A stretch of DNA of 64,000 nucleotides, taken from positions 992,001 to 1,056,000 of the forward strand of contig CAWHFW010000005.1 in the NCBI GenBank assembly GCA_963828735.1, given 5' to 3'. A program made the translations under genes and the position numbers. Under the pieces are notes generated by a model. The model searched no databases. It was not told the origin of the DNA and was given only the letters and a program-made list of their open reading frames with translations. The stretch comes from an uncultured Gemmatimonadales bacterium (lineage in GTDB: Bacteria; Gemmatimonadota; Gemmatimonadetes; Gemmatimonadales; GWC2-71-9). Positions 20,536 through 31,814 of this stretch are shown piece after piece (positions within the stretch are counted from its first letter, which is position 1; every line of letters starts with the position of its first letter).

Positions 20536-21187
20536 TCACCGGTAGGTGACGCCGAGCAGGAGAGCAAGAAAGCCGGCTCCTCCCAGCGTATCGCCAGTCG
20601 GTCTCCCCGCCAGGTGAAAACGGGCGCCAGCAGAGAGGCCGAGTGGTCCCTCGCCGGGGTGAAACTCGACTCCAGTGCCCAGGTTGAGGCCTGGGGCCAC
20701 GAAATCCTCATTGTCCTGGCGTAACGCATATACCCCTAGCCCGGCAAGGCCGTAGGGACGGAGCGATCCGTTAGGCGACCTTAGTCGCAGCATGGCTGCG
20801 AGGTGCCAAGCCGACTGGTCATAGTCAAATGTGCCGAGACCCTTCACCACCTCGCTCGAGTTCCGGGTGATCGTAGGGCGGCCTACCCCTGCTGGAGCTC
20901 TCGTGGTGATCGTACCCGACTTCCGCGCCAAATCCGAGCTTCCCTCCGCCACCACGGAAGACACTGAGCGCCAGGGCGACTGAGCCGTGGCTAAAGTCAC
21001 TATTATCGACTCCGGTGGCGTAGCCGCCGGAGAGGGCACTGGACCACGAGCTCTGTGCCGGGACCGATTCAGAGAACGTTGCCGCTTGGTGCCCGGGGCC
21101 TGCGGCTGGTGTCGAAGCCTGCGCGCCAGCGCCTCCCGCTGTTGCTGCTAGAACCAGGATGAGCGTGGCCACGGAGCTGAAGCGCAT
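20536..21187 (-). CDS. outer-membrane beta-barrel protein, frameshifted near 20890
   Basis: Signal peptide in one frame; RPYGLAGLGVY and terminal LGVTYR in another. Confidence 0.7.
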
Positions 21188-21424
21188 GGGACTCTCCTCA
21201 ACCGATGGGGACCACTTCGGGGGCACATTGCGGGTGTTGTCGCTCGCCATCGCTTCCTGGTGGGGGCTCAAGTTCGACCGCCGGCGGCCCGGCGAACTCG
21301 TGCTCGTGAAGCCGCGCGTGGCCCGCGAGCCGAGGACACCCTAGGCGTCGCCGCCGCAATCGCCGGGCGTTTGACAACCACGGTTGTCACGCACTCACAC
21401 CGAGCTACGAGCGGTTACAGTTGT

Positions 21425-21793
21425 TCAATCGGGGTTGTAGCCGTTGATGTAGACGAGAGCGGCGATTCCCGCCATCCCAATCACTGCGCCGGACACCAGC
21501 AAAACGGTATTCGTGGTCTTGGGCTGCTTGGTAGCGACCTCTTTTACATCTGTCAGGGCAAAGATGGCTGGCGCATCGCCCTGGCGGCCACTCACGCTGT
21601 CGCCTGTCACCGTTGGATGGGTCAAGTAGACGTGCCCCTGCTGCTCGGTCGTGAGCCGAACGGTCTTCGTGGCGTGTGGGGGATCGGCGAGGGTTTGCGC
21701 TGGCGTGGCCGACTGCACCTGCCAGCCGGTGCACGCCCCAACGTATGCCACGAGAACGAGCAGCGACGCTGCGCGGAAGGCGGGATGACGCAT
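21425..21793 (-). CDS. small lipoprotein with C-terminal TM (CTxW family)
   Basis: GGAG RBS; VGACTGWQVQSATP. Confidence 0.75.
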   Translation of the reverse strand: MRHPAFRAASLLVLVAYVGACTGWQVQSATPAQTLADPPHATKTVRLTTEQQGHVYLTHPTVTGDSVSGRQGDAPAIFALTDVKEVATKQPKTTNTVLLVSGAVIGMAGIAALVYINGYNPD

Positions 21794-21844
21794 GGCTCCT
21801 CCAATCGAGGGTAACACGAAGCAGGGAGCGGGCGCTCCGCCGTG

Positions 21845-22537
21845 TTAGCGAGTCCGCTCCACAATGAGCTGCCCGCTCCTGGCGCGAACGACTTGCGCAA
21901 AGTCTGATTCATTGGGCGTGAGGTTCTCACCCTCGACGACCACCGTGCCCGTCGCCGCCGCCTCGCGGAAAGCACCCTTGAACCAGGTGGTCTCCATCTG
22001 ACCGGGCACCCTGAACCGTTCGCGCTGCGACGTGGAAAAGAGCTCACCCGACCCTGTCCAGGTGAGCTCCACCTCTACTAGCACCTCCGCGTTGCGGATG
22101 AAGTCGACCGTCGGGATCATTGCCCGCACGCGAGCCTCGTTGAGGCTGTTGTCGGCATCGAAGGCCGCATCGTCGGTCTGGCCGAAGGCGCTCCGCAAGG
22201 TCTCGAACGTGCAATAGTTGAACTGGAACAACGAGACCTCGGCCAGCGGTCCGTCGACCGGCTTGCCGGGGCCCTGTTTCACTGCCTGCTCGGCACTGAA
22301 GACGTGCACGTCGGTCTCCACGCACCCCGACGGATCGATGGCGAAGAAGCCGGCTTCCGCGCTCATCCCCCTGTACTGGACGCGGCTCCGCGTCGGGGAG
22401 GCGGTCCTCGCCAGTACAGGGCGAGCGGCCTCCAACGGGGCCACGGCGCTCGGCGCGCCAGGAGGGGCGGTGTCATCGCTGCAGCCGAGCGTACCCAATA
22501 GCAGCGCGCTCGCGGTGGAGAGTGATCGTGCGTACAT
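21845..22537 (-). CDS. hypothetical lipoprotein
   Basis: GGAG RBS; LGC lipobox; beta-rich mature region. Confidence 0.75.
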   Translation of the reverse strand: MYARSLSTASALLLGTLGCSDDTAPPGAPSAVAPLEAARPVLARTASPTRSRVQYRGMSAEAGFFAIDPSGCVETDVHVFSAEQAVKQGPGKPVDGPLAEVSLFQFNYCTFETLRSAFGQTDDAAFDADNSLNEARVRAMIPTVDFIRNAEVLVEVELTWTGSGELFSTSQRERFRVPGQMETTWFKGAFREAAATGTVVVEGENLTPNESDFAQVVRARSGQLIVERTR

Positions 22538-22974
22538 AGAGCACTCCGTTCGGTGGACTACGAGTGGTGACGGTGTAAGGAGGGTGCGTCCGCCGCCGAC
22601 TGGACCGTCCAGCCCCTGCACGTGCTCAGCCTGCCCACAGCGAGCACGAGCACTATCGTCTCAGACTTGATCATGGGGTAGCTCCCGTCCGTCTCGGAGA
22701 AAGGATCGGGATCCCACCCGGGCATATGGATCATCGGAGCCAGGCGTTACCTAGCCGTCCCCTGGCCATTGCGCTGGCGAGACGCCACTGCGCGGGCAGG
22801 CACGCCCGGAAGCTCGGCCACCAGTGTCGCCGCGGTTGGGCAATCGGCCGACAGCCCACGGCGCTGGTACGTCTCCCAATGCCTCGCGCCGCGCTCCCTG
22901 CTGCTCCTAGCGCTCGGCCGCTAGAGCGAGGCGCCAAGCCTTGCCAAACCGACCTCCATAGGCAGATTGCCCGG

Positions 22975-25503
22975 ATGTTCCCCGAAGAACCGACGGCGAT
23001 ATCCGGCGCCCCGGCCCAGCCGGCCTCGCCGTCCGCGCCCGCGCGCTCCCCGCACCCCGACCGCATCGGTCCCTACCGCATCGTCCGCGTCCTCGGCCAA
23101 GGCGGCATGGGCACCGTCTACGAGGCCGAGCAGCTCGAGCCCCTCCGCCGCACCGTCGCCCTCAAGGTGATCCGCCGCGGGATGGACACCGTGGAGGTGC
23201 TCGCGCGGTTCGAGAGCGAGCGGCAGGCGCTCGCGGTGATGGACCATCCCAACATCGCCCGCGCGCTCGAGGCCGGCACCACCGACGAGAGGCTGCCCTA
23301 CTTCGTCATGGAGCTCGTCGCCGGCGAGCCGATCACCGACTACTGCGACCGGCACGGCCTCGATCTCCGCCGGCGGCTCCAGCTCTTCCTCGGCGTCTGC
23401 CGGGGCGTGCAGCACGCGCACCAGAAGGGCGTGATCCACCGGGATCTCAAGCCGAGCAACATCCTGGTCCGGGTGGTCGACGGGCAGCCGGTGCCGACCA
23501 TCATCGACTTCGGCATCGCGAAGGCGGTCGAGCGGACGGCCGACGACGCGGCCTTCACCACCGAGCTGGGCGTGATGGTCGGGACGCCGGCCTACATGAG
23601 CCCGGAGCAGGCGGCGGCGAGCGGCCTCGACATCGACACCCGGGCCGACATCTATAGCCTCGGCATGGTGCTCTACGAGCTGATGACCGGGGTGCTGCCG
23701 TTCGACCACCGCGGCCTCCTGCCCGCGCCGTTCATCGCGCAGTATGTCCTCGGGGCCGCCGACACGCCCACGCCGAGCAACCGGGTCGCGGGCCTCGCGG
23801 CCGACCGGGCGACTCCCGTCGCGGAGCAGCGGGGCACCACGCCCGTCGGCCTCCGCCGGGAGCTTCGGGGCGACCTCGACTGGATCGTGGTGAAAGCGAT
23901 CGAGCGGGACCGGGCCCGCCGCTACGAGACCGCGAACGCCCTGGCGCTCGACCTGGAGCGCCACCTCGAGCACAAGCCGGTCACCGCGCGGCCGCCGACG
24001 CTCGGCTATACCACCGCCAAGTTCGTCCGCCGCCACCGGCTCAGCGTGTCAGTGCTGGCGACGGCTGCTGTCGCTCTCGTGGTGGGCGTCACCGGCATCA
24101 TGCGGGAGCGGGACCGGTCCGCGCAGGAGGCGGCCAAGGCGCGGGGGATCAGCAACTTCCTCGTGGACCTGCTCAAGTCCGCCGACCCATGGCAGGGCGG
24201 CGCGCGTCAGACGACGGTGGTGGACGCGCTCGCGGAAGGGGTCAAGCAGGTGAATGCCGGCAGGATCGCCGATCCGGTCGTCGCGGCCTCGGTCCGGCGC
24301 ACGATCGCGACCGCCTACCAGGGCCTCGGCCGGCTCGCCGAGGCCGAGACGCTCTACCGGGAGACCCTGCGGGAGCGCCTCGCCCGGGCCGGCCCCGCGA
24401 GCGAGGAGACCGCCGAGAGCTGGAACGACCTGGGGATCATGCTCACCTCCCAGGGGAAGCTCGACTCGGCCGAAGTCGCCCTCGGGCGGGCGCTGGAGAT
24501 CCGCCGCGGGCACGGAGGGGCGGACACCGTCATGGCCGGGACCCTGCTCGATCTCTCCGACCTGGCCAACACGAAGGGCGAGGCCGCCCGGGGCGACTCG
24601 CTCGCTCACGAGGCGCTCGCGATCATCCGGCGGGTCGCCGGGGAGCGCGACCTCGCCGTGGCGACGGCCATGGCCCGGGTCCAGTCCACCCAGCTCGGCG
24701 CCGGCGAGCTGGCGAAGGCCGAGTCCACCGGCCGTGCGGCGGCCGCGATGCTGCGCGAGCTCGGCCTCGAACGGCACCCGCAGATGGTGCCGATCCTCAG
24801 CGATCTCAGCATCACCCTGGCCAACCGAGGCGAGCTGACCGAGGCCCTCGCGGTGGCGCACCAGACGGTGGCGCTCGACTCCGCCCTGTTCGGCACCGCG
24901 CACCCCTACCTCGCCACCCATCTCGAGAACCTGGGCTACGTCTACGACCATGCCGGCTTCGGGGACAGCGCGAAGATGATGGTCGAGCAGGTTCTCGCGA
25001 TGCGGCGGGCGCTGCTCCGGGACGACAACCCCGCCATCGGCCGGACCCTCTTCAACCTCGCGTCGCTGGAGCACGACATGGGGTCGTACGCCGCGGCCGA
25101 GCCGCTGTACGAGGAGGCGCTGCTCCGGATGCGGCGGGCCTACGGGCCGGAGCACCCCGACGTGGTCTTCGCGACCGGGTGGCTGGGACGGAACCAGTTC
25201 TACGTCGGCCGCAGGGCCGACTCGGAGCGAAATATTCGGTGGGTCCTGACGGTGACCGATCCGCACGGCGCGGCCTCGCCGATGGATACGGTGCGCTTCG
25301 GCCGGTTTTTGGTGACGATGCTGGTGGACCAGCAGCGGTGGAAGGAGGCCGAGCCGCTCGCGCTCAGGGTCTTCGCGATCCAGGACAGCCTGAAGGACAC
25401 GCTGGCCCGGGTGACGGCGGGCCATCTCGCGACGATCTACGGCGCGACCGGCCAGTCCGAGCAGGCGGCCCGGTACCGCGGGCTGGCGGATGCGCCGCCC
25501 TGA
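22975..25503 (+). CDS. Ser/Thr protein kinase with TM and TPR repeats
   Basis: GQGGMGTVY, HRDLKPSN, IDFG, LRGDLDWIV; C-terminal TPR helices. Confidence 0.92.
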   Translation: MFPEEPTAISGAPAQPASPSAPARSPHPDRIGPYRIVRVLGQGGMGTVYEAEQLEPLRRTVALKVIRRGMDTVEVLARFESERQALAVMDHPNIARALEAGTTDERLPYFVMELVAGEPITDYCDRHGLDLRRRLQLFLGVCRGVQHAHQKGVIHRDLKPSNILVRVVDGQPVPTIIDFGIAKAVERTADDAAFTTELGVMVGTPAYMSPEQAAASGLDIDTRADIYSLGMVLYELMTGVLPFDHRGLLPAPFIAQYVLGAADTPTPSNRVAGLAADRATPVAEQRGTTPVGLRRELRGDLDWIVVKAIERDRARRYETANALALDLERHLEHKPVTARPPTLGYTTAKFVRRHRLSVSVLATAAVALVVGVTGIMRERDRSAQEAAKARGISNFLVDLLKSADPWQGGARQTTVVDALAEGVKQVNAGRIADPVVAASVRRTIATAYQGLGRLAEAETLYRETLRERLARAGPASEETAESWNDLGIMLTSQGKLDSAEVALGRALEIRRGHGGADTVMAGTLLDLSDLANTKGEAARGDSLAHEALAIIRRVAGERDLAVATAMARVQSTQLGAGELAKAESTGRAAAAMLRELGLERHPQMVPILSDLSITLANRGELTEALAVAHQTVALDSALFGTAHPYLATHLENLGYVYDHAGFGDSAKMMVEQVLAMRRALLRDDNPAIGRTLFNLASLEHDMGSYAAAEPLYEEALLRMRRAYGPEHPDVVFATGWLGRNQFYVGRRADSERNIRWVLTVTDPHGAASPMDTVRFGRFLVTMLVDQQRWKEAEPLALRVFAIQDSLKDTLARVTAGHLATIYGATGQSEQAARYRGLADAPP

Positions 25504-25510
25504 CCCGGGA

Positions 25511-26677
25511 ATGCCATCAGACCAGGTGAGCCTCGCACACGTCGCGACGCCCGCGCTGATCCTCGACATCGAGCGCGTCGAGCGCAATTGCGAGCGAATG
25601 ATCCGCCGCGCTGCCCAGCTCGGCGTCCAGCTCCGGCCCCACATGAAGACCGCCAAGTCCGCCGACGTCGCGCGGCTGGCCACCCGTGAGCGTTCGGTCG
25701 GCATCACCGTGTCCACGGTGGCCGAGATCGAGTACTTCGCCCGCGAAGGCTTCGGCGACATCACGTACGCCGTCGGGATCGCCGCCCACAAGCTCCCTGC
25801 CCTCGCCCGCCTCCAGCGGGAGCATGGCACCCGCATCAGGCTGGTCGCCGACAGCGTGGCATCCGTGACCGAGGTCGCCCGACAGGCGGCTGCGCTCGGT
25901 GAGCGGTTCTCGCTTTTCATCGAGATCGACTGTGGCGGGAAACGCGGCGGCGTTCTCGCCGATGGGCCGGAGCTGCTGCCCATCGCGCAGGTGGTGCAGG
26001 CCTCGCCGATGCTTTCGCTCTCGGGTGTGCTCACCCACGCCGGCCAGAGCTATGATGCGACGAGCGTCGGCGAGGTGCGGGAGATTGCCGAACAGGAGCG
26101 CGCCGCCGTCGTTCAGGCCGCCGATCGACTGCGGGCCGCGGGCATCGAGGTCCCGGATGTGAGCGTAGGCTCCTCGCCCACAGCCATGCACGCGAGCTCG
26201 CTGGCCGGCGTGACCGACATGCGCCCCGGTGTCTACACCCTCTTCGATCTCGCGCAGACCTCGCTCGGCAGTTGTACGGTCGACGACATCGCGGTGTCGG
26301 TCCTGACGACCGTCATCGGTCATAACCCGCGCTCGCGGCGGATGCTGATCGATGCCGGCGCGCTGGCCCTTTCCAAGGACGTGAGCGCCAACCGGCAGGG
26401 CAAGCACATCGGCTTCGGCCTGGTCTGTCCGATGAACGGCGGCCCGCCGCTCGCCGACATGCACGTGGCGGAGGTGAACCAGGAACACGGTCTCATCGGT
26501 GCGGCGGAGTCCTATGAGGTCATGGTCGAGCGTTTTCCGGTGGGAACGCGCCTGAGGGTCGTGCCGAACCACGCCTGCCTCACCGCGGCTCCCTACGACC
26601 GCTACCACCTCGTTCGAGGAGGCAGCACGGAGGTCGTCAGCGTCTGGACCAAGTGCACCGGCTGGGCGTCGTCATGA
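25511..26677 (+). CDS. fold-type III PLP enzyme (D-serine dehydratase/D-threonine aldolase-like)
   Basis: TPALILD, RPHMKTAK, RPGVY, DAGALALSKD, NQEHG, PNHAC. Confidence 0.88.
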   Translation: MPSDQVSLAHVATPALILDIERVERNCERMIRRAAQLGVQLRPHMKTAKSADVARLATRERSVGITVSTVAEIEYFAREGFGDITYAVGIAAHKLPALARLQREHGTRIRLVADSVASVTEVARQAAALGERFSLFIEIDCGGKRGGVLADGPELLPIAQVVQASPMLSLSGVLTHAGQSYDATSVGEVREIAEQERAAVVQAADRLRAAGIEVPDVSVGSSPTAMHASSLAGVTDMRPGVYTLFDLAQTSLGSCTVDDIAVSVLTTVIGHNPRSRRMLIDAGALALSKDVSANRQGKHIGFGLVCPMNGGPPLADMHVAEVNQEHGLIGAAESYEVMVERFPVGTRLRVVPNHACLTAAPYDRYHLVRGGSTEVVSVWTKCTGWASS

Positions 26678-26704
26678 GCTCCGCTGAAGGGAGACGCCGA
26701 CTCT

Positions 26705-27448
26705 TTATCCGATGGGCAAGCGCCGCCCTCGATGGACCGTGACGGCGGAGCCTTCAGCCAGAAAAGCCGACCGGGGCCTGGGCCCCAGACATTCCGCAAA
26801 GCCTGCCCCATACACCGCCGCCACATCGCAGTCGAGCTCCGCCGCCTCCGCATCCCAGACCCGCCACGCCGGGTGCTCCACCCGGTACTCCTTCGACCCG
26901 CCGTCGCGCTGGACCGTGTAGCCCCAGTAATGCTCGGCGGTGAACGCGGCTTCCGAGCCGGGATCCGGCAGCGCCGGCCGGCCCCGCGTTCTCGCCTCGA
27001 GGCGATGCCAGCCGCCCGCGACGCGCCAGGCGTAGGCCGCCCGGCCCGGCTGCCCGTCCTCGGCGCCGGCCATGTGGAGCTCGTGGCGCATGGGCACGGC
27101 CGCATACGGCTCGTTGTAGCACCAGCGTGCCACGAGGGCGATCGCCCGCCGGGGCACTAGCTCGCGCACGAAGACGACCGCGCGCCGCCACTGGTTGTCC
27201 TCGCCGCGCCGGCGGACATAGAAGCGGAGGTTCACCTCATCGAAGTCCCGGTGGCCGGGAATCGGGATCCCGAGCACCCGCGTGTCCAGGAACCGGAAGC
27301 CGACCACGCTGGCCAGCGTCGCACCGTTCCAGGTGTCGAGCTCCGTGCCAGCCGGGACGAGGGGCGCGAGCAGCGCGGACGGGACCTCGTAGTTGAGCAT
27401 GACGAGGTACCGCCACTCGGCGGTCAGAAACGGATGCGACTCCCCCAT
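26705..27448 (-). CDS. DUF2071 (YqjF-like) protein
   Basis: FLTAEWRYLVMLNYEV, FDEVNLRFYV, EHYWGY. Confidence 0.85.
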   Translation of the reverse strand: MGESHPFLTAEWRYLVMLNYEVPSALLAPLVPAGTELDTWNGATLASVVGFRFLDTRVLGIPIPGHRDFDEVNLRFYVRRRGEDNQWRRAVVFVRELVPRRAIALVARWCYNEPYAAVPMRHELHMAGAEDGQPGRAAYAWRVAGGWHRLEARTRGRPALPDPGSEAAFTAEHYWGYTVQRDGGSKEYRVEHPAWRVWDAEAAELDCDVAAVYGAGFAECLGPRPRSAFLAEGSAVTVHRGRRLPIG

Positions 27449-27457
27449 GTCAGGCAA

Positions 27458-27520
27458 TCAGAGCCTCGCCCCTGCCTCCTTCAGCAACGCGACGACCTCG
27501 TCCTTCCTCGCCAGCGCGTC
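27458..27520 (-). pseudogene. possible ankyrin-repeat C-terminal remnant
   Basis: ALARKDEVVALLKEAGARL-stop directly upstream of DUF2071 gene. Confidence 0.35.
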
Positions 27521-27668
27521 CCCTTCATGGAATGCGACTGCCAGGTGCATGCCCTTCGGTGGCTCGGCCTGGTCCAACCTTGACGGACGTAACGACAGTA
27601 CACGATATAGTCACGGCGCGCCGTTCGCGCTCAGGACCAGATTCGACCCCGGTACCCTGGAGGAAACA

Positions 27669-28241
27669 ATGACGACCGCAACTGCCGGACGGGTCGCGGT
27701 ACCCACCTGGCAACTCGACCCCGCGCACTCGAGCATCGAGTTCGCGGTGAAGCACATGATGATGACCACCGTGCGCGGCCGCTTCAAGGACGTGCAGGCG
27801 ACGCTGACGGGAGACCGCGATCACCCGGAGCAGGCGGGGGTCGACGTGATCATCACCGTCGCGAGCATCGATACCGGCGTCGGCGACCGGGACGCGCACC
27901 TGCGTGGCCCCGATTTCTTCCACGCCGAGCACTTCCCTCAGATCACCTTCCACAGCACGCGTATCGACGGGAACCCGCCGAAGCAGGAAGGCGACCGTTT
28001 CGCGCTGGTCGGCGACCTGGTGATCCACGGCATCTCGATGGAGGTGGTGCTCGACTGTGAGTACGAGGGTCGGGGGACCGACCCCTGGGGGAAGACGCGC
28101 GCGGGGTTCAGCTTCAAGACCGAGCTCGACCGCCGGGAGTGGGGGCTCAAGTGGAACCAGACGATCGAGACCGGCGGCGTGCTGGTCGCGAACAAGGTCC
28201 GCGTCGAAGGTGAGGTGCAGTTCGTCAGACAGGAGGAATGA
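27669..28241 (+). CDS. yceI: YceI family protein
   Basis: WQLDPAHSSIEFAVKHMM, RDAHLRGPDFF, DPWGKTRAGF. Confidence 0.9.
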   Translation: MTTATAGRVAVPTWQLDPAHSSIEFAVKHMMMTTVRGRFKDVQATLTGDRDHPEQAGVDVIITVASIDTGVGDRDAHLRGPDFFHAEHFPQITFHSTRIDGNPPKQEGDRFALVGDLVIHGISMEVVLDCEYEGRGTDPWGKTRAGFSFKTELDRREWGLKWNQTIETGGVLVANKVRVEGEVQFVRQEE

Positions 28242-28364
28242 AGCCGAGTCGGCGGCCGATGTGCCGACCCGCCTCCGGCGTGAGGCCGGGGGCGGCGGGC
28301 GTGTAATGGGGGATGCAATCGTTCCTCGAGGGCTACCGATCGCTGTGGAGCGATGCGTTGCGTG

Positions 28365-28695
28365 GTGATTTGCTATGTGGTTGCGGGGTTCGCCGGGGCG
28401 TGCCTAGCTGGCGGGGCGACCTTCCTGCCCGCGTATCTCTTCACCGTGATCCCCGCGCCCTACTTCCACCGCTATGGGAAGCGACCCTGGCTCGCATCGA
28501 CGGTCGCCGGCATCACGGCAGGAGCAACCGGAGCGATCGCCGAGGCCGTGATCGTTCTGGCACGGCAGTCCCTGGTCGACGTCACGACGGTTCTCATCCG
28601 CCGCTGCCTTCGGGCTCACCTGGCTGAAATGGAAGGTCCCTGAGCCGTTCATCGTGGTCGCCGCCGCGTTGATCGGCCTGGCGGCCCGCGGCTGA
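28365..28695 (+). pseudogene. chromate transporter (CHR) C-terminal fragment
   Basis: FLPAYLFTVIPAPYF...GITAGATGAI, then KVPEPFIVVAAALIGL in another frame; no N-terminus. Confidence 0.7.
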
Positions 28696-28744
28696 TCGGG
28701 CTACGCTGGGCTTGTTGACGCCGCGATGCTTGCCCCTCACACCC

Positions 28745-31004
28745 ATGCCACCGACCGGAAACGTCGTGCGTCGTGCGTTCGTCGCCAGCTCGACCGTCGT
28801 GGTCCTGTGCCTCGCAGGGCCCGGCCGCGTGTCAGGCCAGCAGAGCGTTGGAGGAGCGCGGGCGGACTCGCTGCAAATCCAGGCGATTCGGGTTGTGGAT
28901 CCGGTGCAGCTCGATGGCCATCTGAGCGAGCCCTTCTGGGTGATGGCGGACTCCATCACGGAGTTCCGCCAGCAGGAGCCGGACGAGGGGGTGCTGTCCA
29001 CCGAGCGAACGGTGGTGAAACTCGTACGAGACCGAGACGCACTCTACGTGGGCGTCCGCGCCTATGACTCCGACGTCCGCGGGCTACGGGCGACGCAGCT
29101 CCGCCGGGATGCCGATCTCGAGGTGGACGATTACGTCATGCTGCTTATCGACAGCTTTCACGATCGGCGCAGCGGCTTCGTCTTCCGCACCAACCCGAAC
29201 GGCGCCATGTGGGATGCCCAGTTCAACGGGCTCGATGACGCCAACGAGAACTGGAATGGCATCTGGGACGTCGCCGTCACGCGGGATTCGACCGGATGGA
29301 CCGCAGAGTTCCGCATTCCCTTCCGGACACTGCGATTCCGGGCGGTAAGGGGGGAACTCCTTCGGATTCAACGCACAGCGTTTCATCCGCCGAAAGAACG
29401 AGGTGGCTCTCTGGCGAGGTTGGCGCAGGACCGAGGGCATCTACCGCCTCATCTACGAAGGAGAGGTGACCGGATTTGAGGATCTCCGCCGTGGCAGGGA
29501 TCTCGAGGTCAAGCCCTACGTACTCGGCCGCGCCACGGCCGCTGATCACGACGCGCTCGGGAACGCCCTGCAGAGCGGCGGAGCGGACGGTAAGGCGGGG
29601 GTCGATGCCAAACTTGCCGTCTCGCCCACCGTGACGGCAGATCTCACCGTCAACACCGACTTCGCCCAGGTCGAAGTGGACGAGCAGGTCATCAACCTCA
29701 CTCGATTCCCTACTTTCTTCCCCGAAAAGCGCGATTTCTTCCTCGAGTCCAGCAGTGTCTTCGACTTCGCGACACCCACCCGGGTGCAGCCCTTCTATTC
29801 CCGGCGGATCGGCCTCGGCGACAGTGGGCAGGTCGTGTCCATTCTCGCCGGCGGACGGGTGTACGGGAAGGTTGGTCCGTGGACCCTCGGGCTGCTCGAT
29901 GCTCAGACTGGAGAAGGCGACAGGGCGAACGACCTGGTGGTGAGAGTGAAGCACGATGTGCTGGACCGCTCGTACATCGGTGGGATTGCGACGCAGCGGA
30001 TCACCGCCGGCGGTGACGGTGCGGAACGAGTGGCGGGGCTGGACGTGGACCTGCCGCTGGTAGTCGGCGGACTCAATCTCGAGCCGTCGTTCTGGATCAT
30101 GGGGAGCCAAACACCGGGCACCAAGGGATTCCCAATGGCCTGGCGCTATGGAACGGACTTTCCGAACGACCTCATCGACGCGTTCATCTCGCTGTATCGC
30201 ATCGACGCCGGCTTCAACCCGACACTCGGGTTTGTCCAGCGGACCGGCATCTGGGAGACGACCTCGCATCTCGATATCATGCCCCGCCCTCATCTGCTCG
30301 GCATTCGGCAGCTCGATCTTCTGTTCCCGATCCCCAGCTGGGATATCATCGCGAATGAAGCAGGGTCCATCTTCCGGAGCAGTGACTGGCAGACCGCCAC
30401 ATTTGAATGGCGTCCCCTGGGCGGCGACTTCCAGTCAGGGGCACACTTCGAGATCAACATCCAACGGTTCCTCGATGCACCGGCCGACACCTTCGAGGTC
30501 TTCTCCGGGGCCACGGTCCCGCCCGGTCGGTATTGGTGGACCCGGGGAGAGCTGCAGTACCAGACCTCCCCGAGCCATCCGTTCAGCGTTGGGGCCCTCG
30601 TCAGTTGGGGCGGCTTCTACGATGGCACTGACACTGAGGTCGATGTGCAGGCCGATTGGCGCGGTGGTGGTCACGTCATCCTGGGGACAACACTGTCGCA
30701 GAGCCGAGTGACGTTGCCTTCTGGGCGGTTTACGGCCACGCTGGTGACCGGCCGCACAGAGTACGCCTTCAACACCCGTACGACCTTCCTGGCCTTCGTT
30801 CAATACAACAACGAGGACCAGCGCGTGGATTTCAATCTCCGGTTTCATTGGATACCCAAGATCGGCGATGATCTCTTTGTTGTCTGGAATTCGGGCTACA
30901 CCACCGATCCGGCCGCCCCTCACCGATTCCCCAGCGTTCATACCCTGGGGCGACCACTCAACGGGGCCATCGTGGTGAAGGCCGCTCATCGGTTCGCTCT
31001 GTGA
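28745..31004 (+). CDS. CBM9-like plus DUF5916 outer-membrane protein, frameshifted near G-run ~29350
   Basis: LDGHLSEPFW, WTAEFRIPF, TVNTDFAQVEVDEQVINLTRF, FPEKRDFFLE, FYSRRIG. Confidence 0.85.
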
Positions 31005-31088
31005 CGAAAGGTTGGCAGGGATGAAAATGCTCACGACTCTCGTCTTCGGCGCTCTCGGAGTAGCCGGAATGGCGGGCCGCAAGTCCCG

Positions 31089-31688
31089 GTGAGGCGACGG
31101 CTCAGCCTATGGCGTGCCCTGGCTGGGCTCGAGGCCCGGAGACACGTTGACCCCGTCCGGCTTGTCCTCAGCCAGTGGGGGACCTACTGGATGCTGGACG
31201 ATTCGCTCAAGGCTGTGGCCCGCACTCTTTCAGCGCGCGCGTATGCAGAGGACCAGGCTCAAGCGTGGTCGCTCTACGCTTACACGCATTGGCTCCTGCA
31301 GGATGATTCCGTGGCTCACGCAGCGGCGGATACCGCCCGAGTTCTGCTACAACAACATCTCGCACGGCGGCCGAATGATATGTTCAATGGGGTGATGCTG
31401 GCCCATGCTCTCGCGATCCTCGGGCACCGAGCGGAGGCACTCAGGGAGCTTTCCGTCTTCCGCGACGTGACCAAGCCGGTTCCGGGAACTGCAAGCTGGG
31501 CCGATTGGCTGAACGAGCTAGCTACGGTGGAACAGCTTTCGGGAAATGCTGCCGGCGCGATCGCGTATCTCGATTCGGTTGTTCATCTGCCGGGGTCCGT
31601 CACTCGTGCTTCGCTCCGGATTGATCCGGAGATGGACTGCCTCCGAGATCGGCCCGACTTTCAGCGGCTGGTCTCAAGCAATCACTGA
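31089..31688 (+). pseudogene. orphan C-terminal TPR fragment (kinase/TPR-type protein tail)
   Basis: Ends LRIDPEMDCLRDRPDFQRLV; no clear start. Confidence 0.55.
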
Positions 31689-31814
31689 GACTCACGACTG
31701 CTGACGGCGGGATCCTAAGGTCGAGCCCCGCAGCCGGAGTGACTGCTCGGGGTGCCTTGCGCAGCGACGGAATGGAACGCAGTTATGAGGATCGCCAGCA
31801 GGAGAAAGGGCATC

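Noticed and set aside
21811..21849. taacacg...cgtgtta hairpin as attC
   Set aside because: Too short and lacks RYYYAAC; probably a terminator-like stem.
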